A stretch of DNA of 64,000 nt from Lingula anatina (lineage: Eukaryota; Animalia; Brachiopoda). Every line of letters starts with the position of its first letter. The first letter of the stretch is position 1. Below, piece by piece: positions 43,101 through 57,785 of the stretch. The translations under genes were made by a program, and so were the position numbers. The stretch is from contig CM120645.1 of the NCBI GenBank assembly GCA_051362555.1, positions 868,001-932,000 on the forward strand, given 5' to 3'. The notes beneath the pieces were generated by a model. That model was not told the origin of the DNA, did not search any database, and saw nothing but the letters and a program-made list of their open reading frames with translations.

Positions 43101-46100
43101 TCACCTGATAACCAATGTTGTCACCAATCTCAAATCTTGCAGAGTGCATTTGTTGTCACGTGGTATTACCTGAAACTCATATGTTCAACGAAACTTAAAC
43201 ATAACGTAAAAACTGTCCCCAAGACAAGCCTGCTAGTGCTGCCACCTACCTTTCTTCACAGACATCCACAGCTGGTCCTTACTCGTACACTGCTCAAATG
43301 CAAACGGCAGTCGGACATGTCCCGCACAGACGTACCAGAACAAGATCCCAAAGGCGTAGACATCCACACTGTTATCGTACCTCCCACTGAAGAGTTCAGG
43401 CGCCATGTGGATAGGCGTTCCTACGATACTTCCACTCATCATAGCCTCAGGTTTACAGAAACCCAGGTCTGTGATTTTACCTCGATTCTGTTTGTCCATC
43501 TGAAATAAAGGCCACAATTAGATAACAGCACTTGTATATAAGCCAAAAGGTTGGTATTACTTGACACCAGCCTACAATACATGTTCCTAGGGATAAAATA
43601 TAATTTACTGCACCACTTAGATAGGGTAGAACTTGGTGATAAAGGTTAGTTGGCAGAAACATCTATAATTTCTATTTTTACTTTATTAAGGTCTAACATG
43701 CATTTTATCCCTTTATTTCTTTCTTGGTGTCTAATTGTGTTAGGTGAGATAAGATGTCTTACCAGCACATTCTTCAGTTTGATGTCTCTGTGGACAAGTC
43801 CCTGACTGTGGAGAAACCTCATCCCTTCTACAACATCTATGGCTACCTGTAACCTGAAACACAAAATCATTGTAATAATTTATTATCTGTGGAGAAACCT
43901 CATCCCTTCTACAACATCTATAGCTACCTGTAGCCTGAAACACAATATCATTGTAATAATTTATTATCTGTGGAGAAACCTCATCCCTTCTACTACATCT
44001 ACGGCTACCTGTAACCTGAAACACAATATCTTTATAACATTACTGTCTTAATGACTGTTATATATTGTAATGGCCAAGTAACATCCTAACAAGTGTTAAA
44101 AGGAACAACCGATATCCATCCTGTATCCATAATACCCATACCCATCCTTCCCATCATACTCATATCCATCATATTCACCATACTCATACTGACATACACA
44201 TCATACCTATACCAAACCATATCCACAAACCTATACCCACATATCCATCAAATCATACCTATTAATTCCAATCATACCTATACCAACCACACCCATCATC
44301 CCCACATCCCCTTACCTGCTCTGCCAGTCCAGTCCAGTCTTAATGGCAGCATACAGATCTCTGTGCATTCTATCCATAATGAGGTAGACAGCGGGAGAGG
44401 AGCCCCCGCCATAACTGTAGTCAATCACTGAGCCACGTAAACCGGCTACACGAGGGTGCTCTGGGACATTTCTGTGGACAAAAAAAAATAAATGAAAATA
44501 AAAAAAATAAGATCATGATTTCTCTACATCAGGTTTTTTCTTTAATTTCTTCTCTTCTTAAATTTATCTTATTTATCTATTTTTCATTTATTTATTTTTT
44601 CAATCTTGCTTTTTCTAAGTATCTGTATCTTGGCAGTAACACACCTACTCAAAACTGCTCCATAATTTTTTCCATAATAATAACAACAACAATATGTAAA
44701 TCCTACTTTGTATAGAAAAACTCCAGCGCCAGATCATTCCAGTGTTTCTCGTCAGGTGGCACCACTGACTTGATGGCACAGTTGTGGATTCCGGCCCAGT
44801 TCTCGCAGGAGTACACCACACCATACTGACCTCGGCCAATCTCACGACCTAGCTGAGGCATGCCTGGAATGATAGGATGTGGATATTGTCACGCTTATAT
44901 ATAATATTTAACGAGAAAGACTCCAAGACTCATGTTTGGGGTTCTAAATGGCCATCATATCAATATAGGTACACTTTTATTATCATCTGATTTGCCAATA
45001 TTACACAACCATAAATAAACTGATCATGACGTAATGAACATGACAGATATGAAGTAGAGATGTTAAAAAGATGTGAAAACTTTCATGTCTGTCATCATGT
45101 ATATCATAATTGCATGTTCCTATAGACATTACCCAAAGATCAATGTTTTGAAACATTCTGGATTTGTTAGTCTGAGTTTTAAATATCCATATGTGCCAGC
45201 TTATCATACATTCTTGTCAGCAGAATCTAACTGATGTTTTAAAATTATCTATGTTACAAGGTTCTTATAACTTCCTCACATGGCTTTCTTTGTAACCACA
45301 AAATCTAGATGACTAAATCTTTGTTTCTGATTGGTGCTGATAAGATGCACAGATGGAGATTAGAAAATGAAGCTAAGGATAGAATACACACCTGCCTTAA
45401 ACTCACCAAATGAGATAAAATCCTTCATTGATATACTTTCAAGGGCTAGTTTAGCAACTTTTGGAGCGTGGATCTTCCTCACTTTCAGTCGCTGTTCCTC
45501 TGTCTTCTCCAGTCTCCCAGAATGCTTTGCTTCAAGCTGTTTAAGGGCAGCAGAGAACTGCTCGTGGGAGTTCTTGAGCCGCTCCTTGAATTGTGCACAG
45601 ATGCTTTTGGCAAGTCTGAAATAAAGTGAATTTTTTTCATGTTAATAAGTGCCATAAAAATAAAACATTCATATAAAATGATAAATGTTCATAATAAGAT
45701 CACAGCATGTTACTTGTTGGTTTAGCAGTTGTAAAAAATTTAAGTAATGGCCCCTTTACACTGGACGGCTTCCTTTCTGCGTCCAGCAGTACGGCCCCAT
45801 TTGAGAGTTAAAAATTTTTAATACTTTACTTGGCGACAACTGGCCGATCATTGAGCATTCATTCTGATACAAAATCAATGCTCTTGCCTCCTTATTTAGA
45901 CCACAGTGATGCCAAATTTCATGGTCGCAGTAAGGACGTAGAGAGGACGCCGTCCAGTGTAAAGGGGGTAAAACTATATTTGCTTTGAGTGTCACAACTA
46001 TGTTACTCTGATAGTTTTCATCAATTTAAAATTGACATTTTGTTTCCTTTTTCAACTACTTTGCTGATCAGACCACAAAATTCAGTATTTATCTTCCTAT

Positions 46101-49100
46101 ATTTGAAACTAAACTTTTCTTGGAGTAATCATGCCTTTTGATAAATATGAGCAATGACTGAAACCTGTGACTAAAGTGATGCATGACTAAGAAAACAAAC
46201 AGACAGACATTACAAATTGTAAGGTCTTAAACTGTAAGATCACAGTGTTTTGCTCTATGAATTTGAAGGTGTTCACATAATATAAAATATGTCATACAAG
46301 GTAATTCACAACAGATGCTGCTAAGATCAGCAGCAAAGGGGGAGGGGGGGGGGGAGAAATAGGGAAAAACATTAATGCCACAAAAAGTGTGACAAAACTG
46401 GAAAATAATTATCTATTACAAAAATTTTCTCGGTTGGTTGAAGGTGGTCATGTGTTTGTGGAGGGGAGGGAGGGGGCAGACTTTTTTTAACAATTACCAT
46501 ATAAAAACTATGATCAGAGAGAAGGATATAAACCTTGACATGTAGAAACCAATTAGGACGTGGTTTGTCACATGGCTTTTGAATTGGTAAAGGCTCTGAT
46601 TACTTCTTAATTTGATATATTTCATAGTCCAGGGAATACAAAGGAACACAAAAAAGTCTTACTTCAGAAAACATATGATGGATAAGAAACTGAAGTTGTG
46701 TTTATTTGACTGGGGGTGAAGGATCACAAACAAATAACTGTATTTATATAGGTTGCCAGGCTAAGACTGTCAGGGCCAGTTCCACAAAAAATTAAAGACC
46801 GAATTTGGTCTGTACTACTATTCAGAACAAACCTGTCATATTCTGCTAAAATGGATGTTACCATTGATCCAAAGCAGTGTCCATTTCTTTCTCAGTATAA
46901 AACAGGTGAAATATTTGATCACACTGGACAATTACTGCAATCAATCTTGAGACAAACAGACTAAGATTTGGGTCTTAAAACGTTAGACCAATTTTGAGTC
47001 TAAATTCCCCTGTGAAAACATGCAATGAACTCAGATATTCAAAACATGATGACAGGACCTTTAATAAAATGACTGGGTCCTGTTTATTGTGGATAACATA
47101 CCTGAACAGCTTAGAGTCATCACTGTAAGTAGAGTTCACAGTAAACATTATCAGAAATTGTTTTGGGGGTTTACTTCTCAGACAAGTAGGGGAAAAGGGG
47201 AAAGAAGAAAGGGTTTGATCAAATTCTTTTTGAAGTGCATCTTCACAAAGAAGTTCGTGTTGTTTTGCAATCTTAGCTAAGCCCTATTTTCTTTTGTGAA
47301 ACTGGGACAAGGCAGAGAGAGAGAGACTCTTTTTCTTTCAATGTTTACACATAATCTCACTTCCTGTTACGTATTCATCTTACCTCACTGGAGCAGCATT
47401 CCTGAAAACATTGCTCTTTTAGTTTCAACTCTTAATACATACAAAGATCTCAGCAGACACAAGGCTTTGGGGTTATTGTTAATAGAATAAAAGTAATTCA
47501 GTAGAGTGGGTAACTGTGTTACGTGGGACTCTGTATATAATAAAACTGACTACTATCAACAGAGTAAGTGAGAGACATGTATCTTGAAGAAATATCTCCA
47601 AAACAAGAACACATTCTAGAAATAAGAAGAGATTTAAAAGATTGAACAAGAATATATATCATTTGTCTGAAAATTAGAGTGTTGCAAAGCTAATTAAGTA
47701 TTCATAAACTTAAAATAAAATACATAATCCAAAAAATGATAAAAGTAACACTATCAACCTCATCATAACTGAGGCTTCAGATTCTTTTCATATTATGCCA
47801 CGACCTAGGATTACCTTGACCTCAATCTTTTGACCTTGACCTTACCTTGCTTCACTAAGGCTTTTGATCATGTCCTGAGCCATCTTTTTCCTCCAATTCT
47901 CGTCGACTCTTGGTGGTGTCTTCCAGGGCATGGACTGAATGAGCTGAAGAAATAACAAGGCAGCAAAGCTGTCAAATGTACAGGCAAAAAGCAGAAAACA
48001 AAGAAAAATTAAAAAGAATGCTCAACAGTTTCAATTGCCCGTAGTTATGTTTACCCTAAGTTTTGTGCCAGCTATTACACAGGTGATTTTGTCAATTCAA
48101 CCTAAAAAGGCTCTATCCTTAAAGGTACATACGAACCGAGCAGCGGTGGAGCGTGGATTCCCAGTAACACATGTAAACCACTTCTACTAGATTCTTATAT
48201 GACTAAAATAAATTCGACATGCCAAGGGATAAACTGAATAGATCACTCGATCAGCCATGAAAGACCTTTAGACTGCTCCTTTCTTTAAATTTGTGGTTGT
48301 AAATTTAACCTACTTTCGTGACCTACTTTCCTGCCCCTTTGACATACAGCTTAGAATGCCAGCAGAAAAATCCATTCAAACATCATTTTCGGGTAAAATT
48401 AAACAATGCATTTTGGTAATTCTCTTAGTTATACTACTTGGAACTATATGCTGGCATTTGGTTGGTTTTTGTGACAAAAAATGGACTTTGTATGCATCTT
48501 TAAACTTGAAAGATCTTTTTTTCTCTAATTCTTATTCTATTTTTCATTTTTTTTTTATTCGTAACTTTAAATGAACTTGGTTTAGGGCAGTTGTATTGTA
48601 CTGGTCAAGAAAACTAGTATGTTCAATTTCTACAGCTCACAAATGTTAAAGGGTTCAAAGAATAAATCAATCTTGACATATCGTTCCATTTACTACTAGC
48701 TATCCAACCTGTTTCATCTTCTCTAGAAGTATTCTGACAAAGGAGGAGCTGGTTCTGATTGTGATTTCCACCTGGTACGCTGCATTGATGATCTGAAGAA
48801 TACAGCATGAGGTGCATTGAATAATAACATATCTAATCTGCATGAACATATGAAGGCAGTATCTCTCTCTCTCTCTCTCTCTGAGTGTGTGTGTGTGTGT
48901 GTGTGCGTGTGTGTGCATGTGCGTGCCTGTGTACGCACTATAGTATGTGTGTGTATATATATATATGCGTGTGCACCCTACAAATCAATACAATACAATA
49001 CAATACAATACAATACAATACACCAGTGGTCTATATAAATAACATGAAAAGGGCAGACTTCAACTTGCCTAAGCATGACATGAACAACCAACATACTGTA

Positions 49101-50899
49101 CATCTATGTAAGCAAGCACTCTACACTGCCATCTTCACTGGGATTGTAATAATTCATAAATCTCAACATCCACTTTTAAACCACAATATTACTCTAATAT
49201 GGTAAATGAAATATTATGCTGATTATCTAACAGGAAAGACATTGTGAATATCTTGGACCAATACTTATATATATTTAGGAGGACTGCTTATTCTATTAAC
49301 TTATTTTGAACATAAGTTCAGACCAATTTTCTAGTGATAGCTGTATTGTGATATTCTGTATGCCTGCATGTCTAGTTATCATTTTACCTGCTTGAGTGCC
49401 TCTGTTGTTGAAGCATGTTCATTGTTGTCCCTGTCAGCCTTCTCTAAACTCTCCAAACACCTGGTGAGTGTCCCTGAAATAATTATATATACATTTTTCT
49501 CACTTTGAATGCAATAAAACTGTGTGGCAAATGTTTGGAATGAAATCACTTGCTCTAATTTATTTTGTGGTTAAAACAAACTTTATCTGACCATAAAACC
49601 CACTATACAACTGTGACTTTAAGTAGATATATTTTGTATGGGTAAAAAAAGTAATTTATTTCCAAAGAGACTACACACATTTTTCATCTGTGACACAAGA
49701 TGCGTCATCATAAAAACATGTATAGTTTAATTCAGAAACAATTCATATTTTAATCACCATCAAACAAGAGACAATTAAAAACCAAATTCACCATGTATGT
49801 TTCACTCTACTGAAATAACCTTCACCTAATCACTATATGATACTCAGATTGTCTAAATATTTAAAACATGGAACATGGTGACAGTTAAGGCCAAGCACGG
49901 ATTATATCTATGGTCTTGCCATCCTGTAGGCCATCACAGGACTTCTGATGACAGGCACTTACTCCCTGTAGATCTGTATCATGAGACTTATGATTTATTA
50001 CTCATGACCTGCGTATATAGAGTACAGTAATATCCTCTTCACACCAAGGCTGCATTCACAACCAAGTTAATCCAAGGACTAACTAGTCCATGGATCAAAT
50101 ATGGCGTGCACTTGACAATGGATTCCCACCTCCAATGCATGCCGTCCAGCAGGAGAAGAGCAATTAAATCTTACCATGCTTTTAAGTGGATCACAACATA
50201 TTTGATCCAGCGACTACTTAGTCCGCGGATCAACTGGTTCTGAATGTGCCCCAAGTAGAACACTAATTAGGATCAGTCCATTTTAGAGAGATTGGCAATT
50301 AACTTAACGGCCTGGCTATTAGGGTAAGAGTCACCTAAACTACATGTAACAGGCAGCTCTTTGAAAACATAGACCACGTTAAATATATGTTGAGTTTATT
50401 GCACGTCAGTTTTGCCCCTAGTTAACAAGTGTCTTACACAGGTAAGTGTCAGGGAAGAGTTTAATTTAGGGTGGAGGGAGGTGAAAAAAAGTTTGCTGAT
50501 GTTGGGTCACCTTGGTTGCCACTCACCAGCCAGCCTATTGCAAAGGTTGTTCATCAGTCACCATGATCAAAACAGCACCAGTTCTAACACAACAGTGGCA
50601 AAGGACCCAACCACTTCGTAGTGGACAGCCCATTGAAGACAACAAAATAAATGGCAGAACAAAAATAAAACAGTAGAAAAATGACAAAAGAGCAAATGTG
50701 TTAAGAGACACAAGGCCTAAGCTATACCTGTATAACTGTCTCGTAGTATGTCCACAGATTCTACCAGTTTGCCCGCGATGGCGTTATTCAGGGCTCCAAG
50801 CAGCAGCTCTTCTACCTGCCCCGTGCAGATTTTCAGGTCCCGCGCTGTACGAATCTCTGCGGAATCACTGATGTCTACCCCTGAATATATACACACATG

Positions 50900-50950
<51 letters not shown>

Positions 50951-53900
50951 ATAGTTAAACATTTCTTATATGTAATTAATTGCATATATTACATGTACTG
51001 ATTCATTAGTATTTCATAAGTCAATGCATACATAAATCAATGTAATTCAATTCAAGAAATAAAATTCCTCTAGCTGCAGATTAGATGACACAGCAAATGC
51101 TTCTGGAGGCTAAAAGAGTGACTCAAAAATCTGTAACCCTCAAGCTGATTTCAAAGTTATACAATTCCTAAACTGCTATCATTAGAAAAATCAAAGACCA
51201 CGAGGCCAAATACGCTCAGCTTTCTCTTAGACTACAGATTTATCTACAAGGCCTTATGCTTTATTTCCCATGGTGCAGTAATAGATAAGATTGAGGGAGA
51301 TTTCAAAACGGTCATGTGACAGGGTGACTAACCTGTGATTGTGCACCCATTGACCCCAAGGTCAAGAATTTCTATGAGAACAACACACTATAATATAAAT
51401 GTATTGGTCCATGTAGTTTATGAAAAGTAGCAACAACTTTTTTGTTTTAAAAGTTATGTAAAACCCATTTAATTAGACCATTCCTGATTTAACTTGGATT
51501 CAAGTAGATTAAAATTAATGTCTAAAAGTTCGGACCAATTTCAGTTCAAAAGTTCTTTAGGGCAGTAGGCTCAAGGTCAAGGTCAAGGTCAAACCTAAGA
51601 TGCCCAGCATTGATGGTGCAACATTTTCTGAGCTCTTGTCAGCATACAATATATATCACCAGCTGCTGAAGATCCTACACATTGCCTTCAGCAAGGGCAA
51701 TACTGCCATTTAGTGAAAAAGAAAGTCCGAAAATATGGCCTAATGTCCAAACCTTACTCCTCCTCCCCCTCAATCTTCTCTACATACACACACATTTTTA
51801 TTGCACACTTGCATGGACCTCAAGAATGACAGCAGAAATCTGCCAGAAGTTGAAAAAATCTCTTCCCTGCTATACACTACTTTATTTGAAATATGCCACA
51901 GTGCACTATTTTGCTACTACCTCAGATTGAGTGAAAGTTGGTAATTTGGATAAAACTGATAAAATAAGTCAGAGGTTCAGTGCCATAGCATTGTCTGGCC
52001 TAGATATCACATGTCATATATCTATATATATATATATATAAACAGTATCTGAATAATATCTCAGCTGAGAGTAAACAGTTGACAGTGTAAATAAGTAAAC
52101 ATACAGAGTCTTTAGATGACTGAAGGTAATACAGGTACTATCATAGAGACAGCACTGCTTATAAAATCTACAGAGTACACCAAGAGTTCAGACCAATGTC
52201 ATGGGAAAATGGTAATGAAATATGGTATAAAAATAAAATAAAGAAATGTTTTTAAAATATAAGGAGACCTGGATTCAGCTGAAACTGTACTGATGTATTT
52301 CCCTCCTGATAAACTGTTTATCCTGAAAATTTCAGCAAAATTTGCAATAAAACATTTGAGGTACCTTGGCCACTTACAAACAAACAAGCAGACACTGATG
52401 ACAATACAACCTCCTTCATATCAATTGGCAGAGGAAATTACAACAACCTTTTAAAACCAGACAGTCAAAATATATTGGCCCAATACATGATGAGACTGTC
52501 TGTGTTTGGCAGTTAATTTCCTATTCAGGCTAGAATCAGCAAGGAAGGGATGATGCTTATTGATTTCAACAAGAATGCAAAACCAACTGAAGGATGTTCA
52601 ACCCAAATGTCCAAATCAACTTAGAAAAATCCACTCTAAAGTCAACTGAGACAAAGTTCTTTTTTGGTACCTGTGAACTTCTGGGAACAGTTTCATCACC
52701 CTTATAGAAATTTCCTATAAGACCAGATAAAATTCCTATATGATCCTACAGACTCCTGTACAGTCCCACAGGAATCCTAGAGAAGATTTCCGTGAGGGCA
52801 ACTGGGACAAGAGGTTTTTCCTGAGGAAAGCAACCATTTTCACCACTGTCAACACAGAAATATCAGAGACAAAAAATAGGTATCTACTGTTTAGGAAACA
52901 CTACCTACAGAACACCTGACATGAGAATAAAACTTTTATCTACAATGAATAGTGTCATCTATAAGATACCCCTATTCATTGTTGATAAAGCTGGGTCCAG
53001 AAAGTTCAATCTTTCAACAGGCAGGTAAGCTGACACTGTTTTATTGTTTTTAAAATCTGCATGAAAGCAATGTTTGAAAATGCCTCCAAACCTCCACAGC
53101 CACATCTGTGATTCAAACTCTAAGGTCAAAAGACAATGTTCATATGAATCAGTGGTGTAATCTGGTTCACAAAACTCCATCTTGAATCAGTATAGAGGTG
53201 ATAGAATTCGAACTAGAAGGCCAAAATACAATGGTCAATTATCTATAATTATATGTAAGTCTATGTTTGACCCTGACCCTTACCAACAGTTCTGACCATG
53301 TGTACTGACGTACTGGCTCAATTCAACATCATATTCAAAACATAGAGATCAAATCCATGCCTGTCAGAATCTGAAATTTGATTCTCGCAGAAAGTATTAT
53401 CCAAGAGATGTTCTGGCACCTTGCTTAAGTGCACAGTCAAAAGACAACAGTTAAATAACTGTTATTATAGAGCTTGGACACTCTATTTTACACCAGAAAA
53501 GAGACAAAAAACAGGCTGAATGTAGTTTTCTAACCCTCCTTCATTATTACAGCGCATTCAGGACCTTTATGTCAAACTCATCAGTTCTAAAATGTTCATT
53601 ATCACTGTGTGAATTCAATTTGATAGTTGAGCATGTTAAAAGACACCCAACACACCTTAGCTTATATAGCAAGAACATAGCAATATCAATACCTATGAAA
53701 TCATATTCTGCAGCTTTCGCTACCAATTTTTCCTTCATGTCCTGAACTGTCTCTGCGATGATCGTCTTTATCTCGTCCTGCTTCTTCATGGCAATGTCCA
53801 TAAGTGAGTTGTATAACTCACACTCCTTTTCACGCGCAAACTCCAATCTGCGCGGTGTCACCATCATGTCTCTCTGCATGTCAAACGCCGTCATGATAAT

Positions 53901-56900
53901 CATTTTCAAGCAGCGTCCATGTATTTGGTTCATCACCCCGGCAACGGCCACTAACATCTGCCGTAGTACACGCTGAGTGTATTGCACTAACGAAGGCGTA
54001 AACTGATCAAAGTTCTCCAACAATTCGCTCTCCATGATAACGTGCTCTCCTGAGCCACTAGATGTGGACGAGCTCAGGGTTTGGAGCACCTGTTCTGTGG
54101 ACGTTGGAAGCATACTAAGGAAACCTATATCACAAAGTTGCTGGAAAAGATTCAGTCCTATCTTGTATTCAGCAGAGTTTCTCTTGGAATTACGTTTACT
54201 GTTACTGTTACGGTAATCATTGGTTGGGCCGACGCCATTTACCCTACTTGGTCCATCCGTCAGGTCCAGGGGGAGCGGCGGTGGTACCCGGACAAAGAAT
54301 ACAGGCAGTTCCGGTTCTGCTTCATGCAATTCCTTCAGCTCTTCTAGATCCTGAAAACAAAGAACATTTTCATTATAAAATACTAATGCTAATTTACATT
54401 CAATGAAGAAATCTTCATTGCCGTTCACACCGAGTTCCTATGGACAATGTCAAAGCCATATGCTTCAGCTCATACATTGCAGTTGCACTCAATTGCACTC
54501 AGCAAGAATCCCCACCAGGTTGGATCCATCTACCTTCATTGTGAACTCATCCATATTTGCTTAATGCCAGTGGAAACAACCACTTCCTCTTCTTAAAGAA
54601 AATATATTTCAAATCAGTTCTGTCATTACTTGCAAGTTAATGATTGACACAAGTGTATTACAATGACCCAGACAACTTGTGTCATCTGTGAGACAAGTAT
54701 GGTCCATAAACTCACTAAACAAAATGTCAGTGATATCTTATATCAACTCAACTGAAGTTCTTGTTCACTAGGAGTTTCTTTGGACTTGTAAGTTACAAAT
54801 ACTGCAAGAGTAACGGGAGCTACAGGACTGAAATCCTTGCCAGTGTTTTTCATTGGCAAGTGATCTTATAGCTTCAATAAATTCATAACTGGGAAAAAGT
54901 GATTTTTTGAGATGGGTCATTTTGGACTAGTTTATAAAGTGTGTGGTTTGCCTGGTTACCAACAAGGCACTCAACATAGCTATCCTGTCAATCTGATTGC
55001 AGACCCCTTGGAGTTGGATCCATCTAGGTAGAGAGATAATTTCATAGGGAATGAGCCCTTAGGTATGACATATACAAAAGTGTGACAATGAACTCAGGGG
55101 AAAACACAAGGGCTACCTCCCCATGCTCCATACCGCCAGAGGCACATCAAATAACAAAACAATAAATAAAATTCTGTGATGTACCCCTATTCACAACTTT
55201 GCCATAAGGATTATCACGCAGTATCTTTAAAACATAGGTTTCCTATCCCTGAAATATGACATGTTATCTTCCCCATTACATCACTTCTAACTTTAGGCTA
55301 TCAGTGGCTGCTATCTCTCCTATATCACAGTGTATGCCATGCTGAACCCCAGATAACACACTGCTTCTGGCACACTGTTCACAACTCTACACCCGCTCCT
55401 GGCTATCAGAACTGTTCTAAATTAATCACTACTATCATTATTACTCAATTATTAACATGTTAGTATTAATCATAGTAGCAGTTCACATCTAAAACTGTAT
55501 AATTATATTTGTGAGCCCCCCAATACATTGTCTCCATGTTTGCACTAAGTTTACATGGAAAATTGCAGTTACAGTCATATTATGAGGACATCTTAATTTC
55601 AGATAATGCATGCTAATGAAATATTACACGTGTTTTGGAAAAGATGTCCAGTTGATAAGCACGTGTCTGTGTATGACAGCATTCCCAACAAAGTTGATCC
55701 GTGGACTAACTAGTCTCCCTATCAAATATGGCATGCACTTGACAATGGATTCCCATCTCCAACGCACACCCTCCCAGCAGCTCGGCATGTTTTCAAGTGG
55801 ATGGCGCCATATTTGATCCGTGGATCAGTTAGTCCAAGGATCAACTTGTTCTGAGTGCTCCGTATGTATGTGCATATGCAAATGCCTGTGCATGTTTATA
55901 TGTCTGAACATGTGTATGCTAATATCAGGGCTTGAAACTAACTTTTATCGATACTGGCCCGAGATATCGGTAAATATTGCAAGGGTTATTTTGCACATGG
56001 CATTTTACTTGCTCTTTGGGCCAGTGACCCCAGTGATTCAATGGCCCTAGGTTGGTTTTCAGTGGCCCAGGGCCAGTGGGCCACCCTTAATGTCAAGCCC
56101 TGAATATGTGTGTGTATCTACCTTCTCTGTCAGCTGATCAGCACCAATAGCATACATCACAATAGGTAAGACATCTTCCTTGTACAAAGCCACCATTTCA
56201 CTGAGAGAGGCTGAACAGTTGGTCGGGGATAAAATCACCTGAACGTCATCCTTCAGCACGTTATGTTTGAGGTTCACCTCTAAGCAAGGCAGAGTTCCCA
56301 CCGGTTCCCTGGCCTCAGAATCACGCAGTACTAAATCCTGACTGGGGATTGTTCGCCATGAATGATAATTGTCAGTTAAATTATCTACAAGTTCGTAACT
56401 CCCTGGTATCGATCGACTGATAGTTCTTTGTTCACCGTATTTGAATCGTGCCATCCGCCATTTTGTGTCAAAGTCTTCATCGTCAATAGGAGGCAGCACT
56501 GTTTGGTTAAATACTTCATTAACTACGCTAGCTTTTGCGTAGCAAGTTTGGCCAAGGATGATAAAACATGGCGGGTCACTTAAAACGTGCTCCAATTCCC
56601 CGCGTTCCTCAGCAAGGATCTCGGCAACAACGGTTTGTTCTAAAAACATAAGAAACTCATGTTAAAAGACCTTTCAGAATATCATTGTATAACTTCAACC
56701 TTGACTTACATACACGTACAAATCTATTAAATTCTGTATAAAAAACTCTCTGCTATAATTTATTTATGCTTTTACCATGACACAAATAGCATCTAAATTG
56801 TGGTACAATTTTGTTGACCAGTACCCACATTAAATTTCTTATCAAAAATTTTAAGTTGGGTGGGAGGCGGCGAGTAGGGCTAGATGAGGTGTCATTTTCC

Positions 56901-57720
56901 CCTCAATATCATAATAATAATTATTATCATTATAATAATATTTATTTACAGTGTAAAATCCATTTACAATGCTCATTAGACTTTACAAGGGTAAATTAAC
57001 AGAATAACATGAATAAGACCAATCCATAGATAAACAGCTAAAATATTAAGGTAATAAACAGTTCATTGGAACACAATGGAAAAGAGACAGACATAAATCT
57101 CCCCCAGAGATGTCCACCTACACCAGGTTGTAATGATCACTATCTCTGTCACATATCTCTGCCACATGTTGACTGGCTGACTAAGTGACCCATGATTGGA
57201 ACTTACCCTGTGCCACTTTTATATCATAAATAAACAAAGGACACATACATTTGGAGTGTACAGAAGTCAAAGCAGACAGTCTACGCAAACATAGAACAGA
57301 TTTTTTTCCCAGGTATCATCATCTTCTAAGTATCAGATAAAAATTTACCTTTCAAAAACAAATTACAGATATCTTTTCTTGTCTAACCAGTTCCGCATGG
57401 GGAAAGTGTTCTAAGAGAATACCAAGAGTACAGAAACAAACGTTACTTGATTGAAATATAAAAATTCCTAAAAAGTCTTTCATATGGGAATGGAAATACT
57501 TAACAACATTAATCATTGTTTGTTGCTGGATAACATGGAAATATGTTCTTACTTCCTCCATCAAACGTGGCCGAGTTTATTTCTTAGTGGAGAAAATATC
57601 CCTAAAATTTTGTCATAAATTTTGGTTGAATTTTCAGGATAGAAAGAAGGTGATTACAATCACAGCTGAGCCCAGCTCTCCTTATCAGGGTGTTTTCATG
57701 CCAACAAAATCAGCAGCAGC

Positions 57721-57785
<65 letters not shown>

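Noticed and set aside
43137-45624. Plus-strand ORFs such as 43137-43508, 44093-44431 and 45367-45624
   Set aside because: Antisense shadows of DSTYK exons or low-complexity C/A-rich intron sequence.
51180-51930. Region with (AAGGTC)n motifs resembling nuclear-receptor half-sites
   Set aside because: More likely a decayed interspersed repeat (similar motif near 47810-47845); I cannot define its boundaries or a function.
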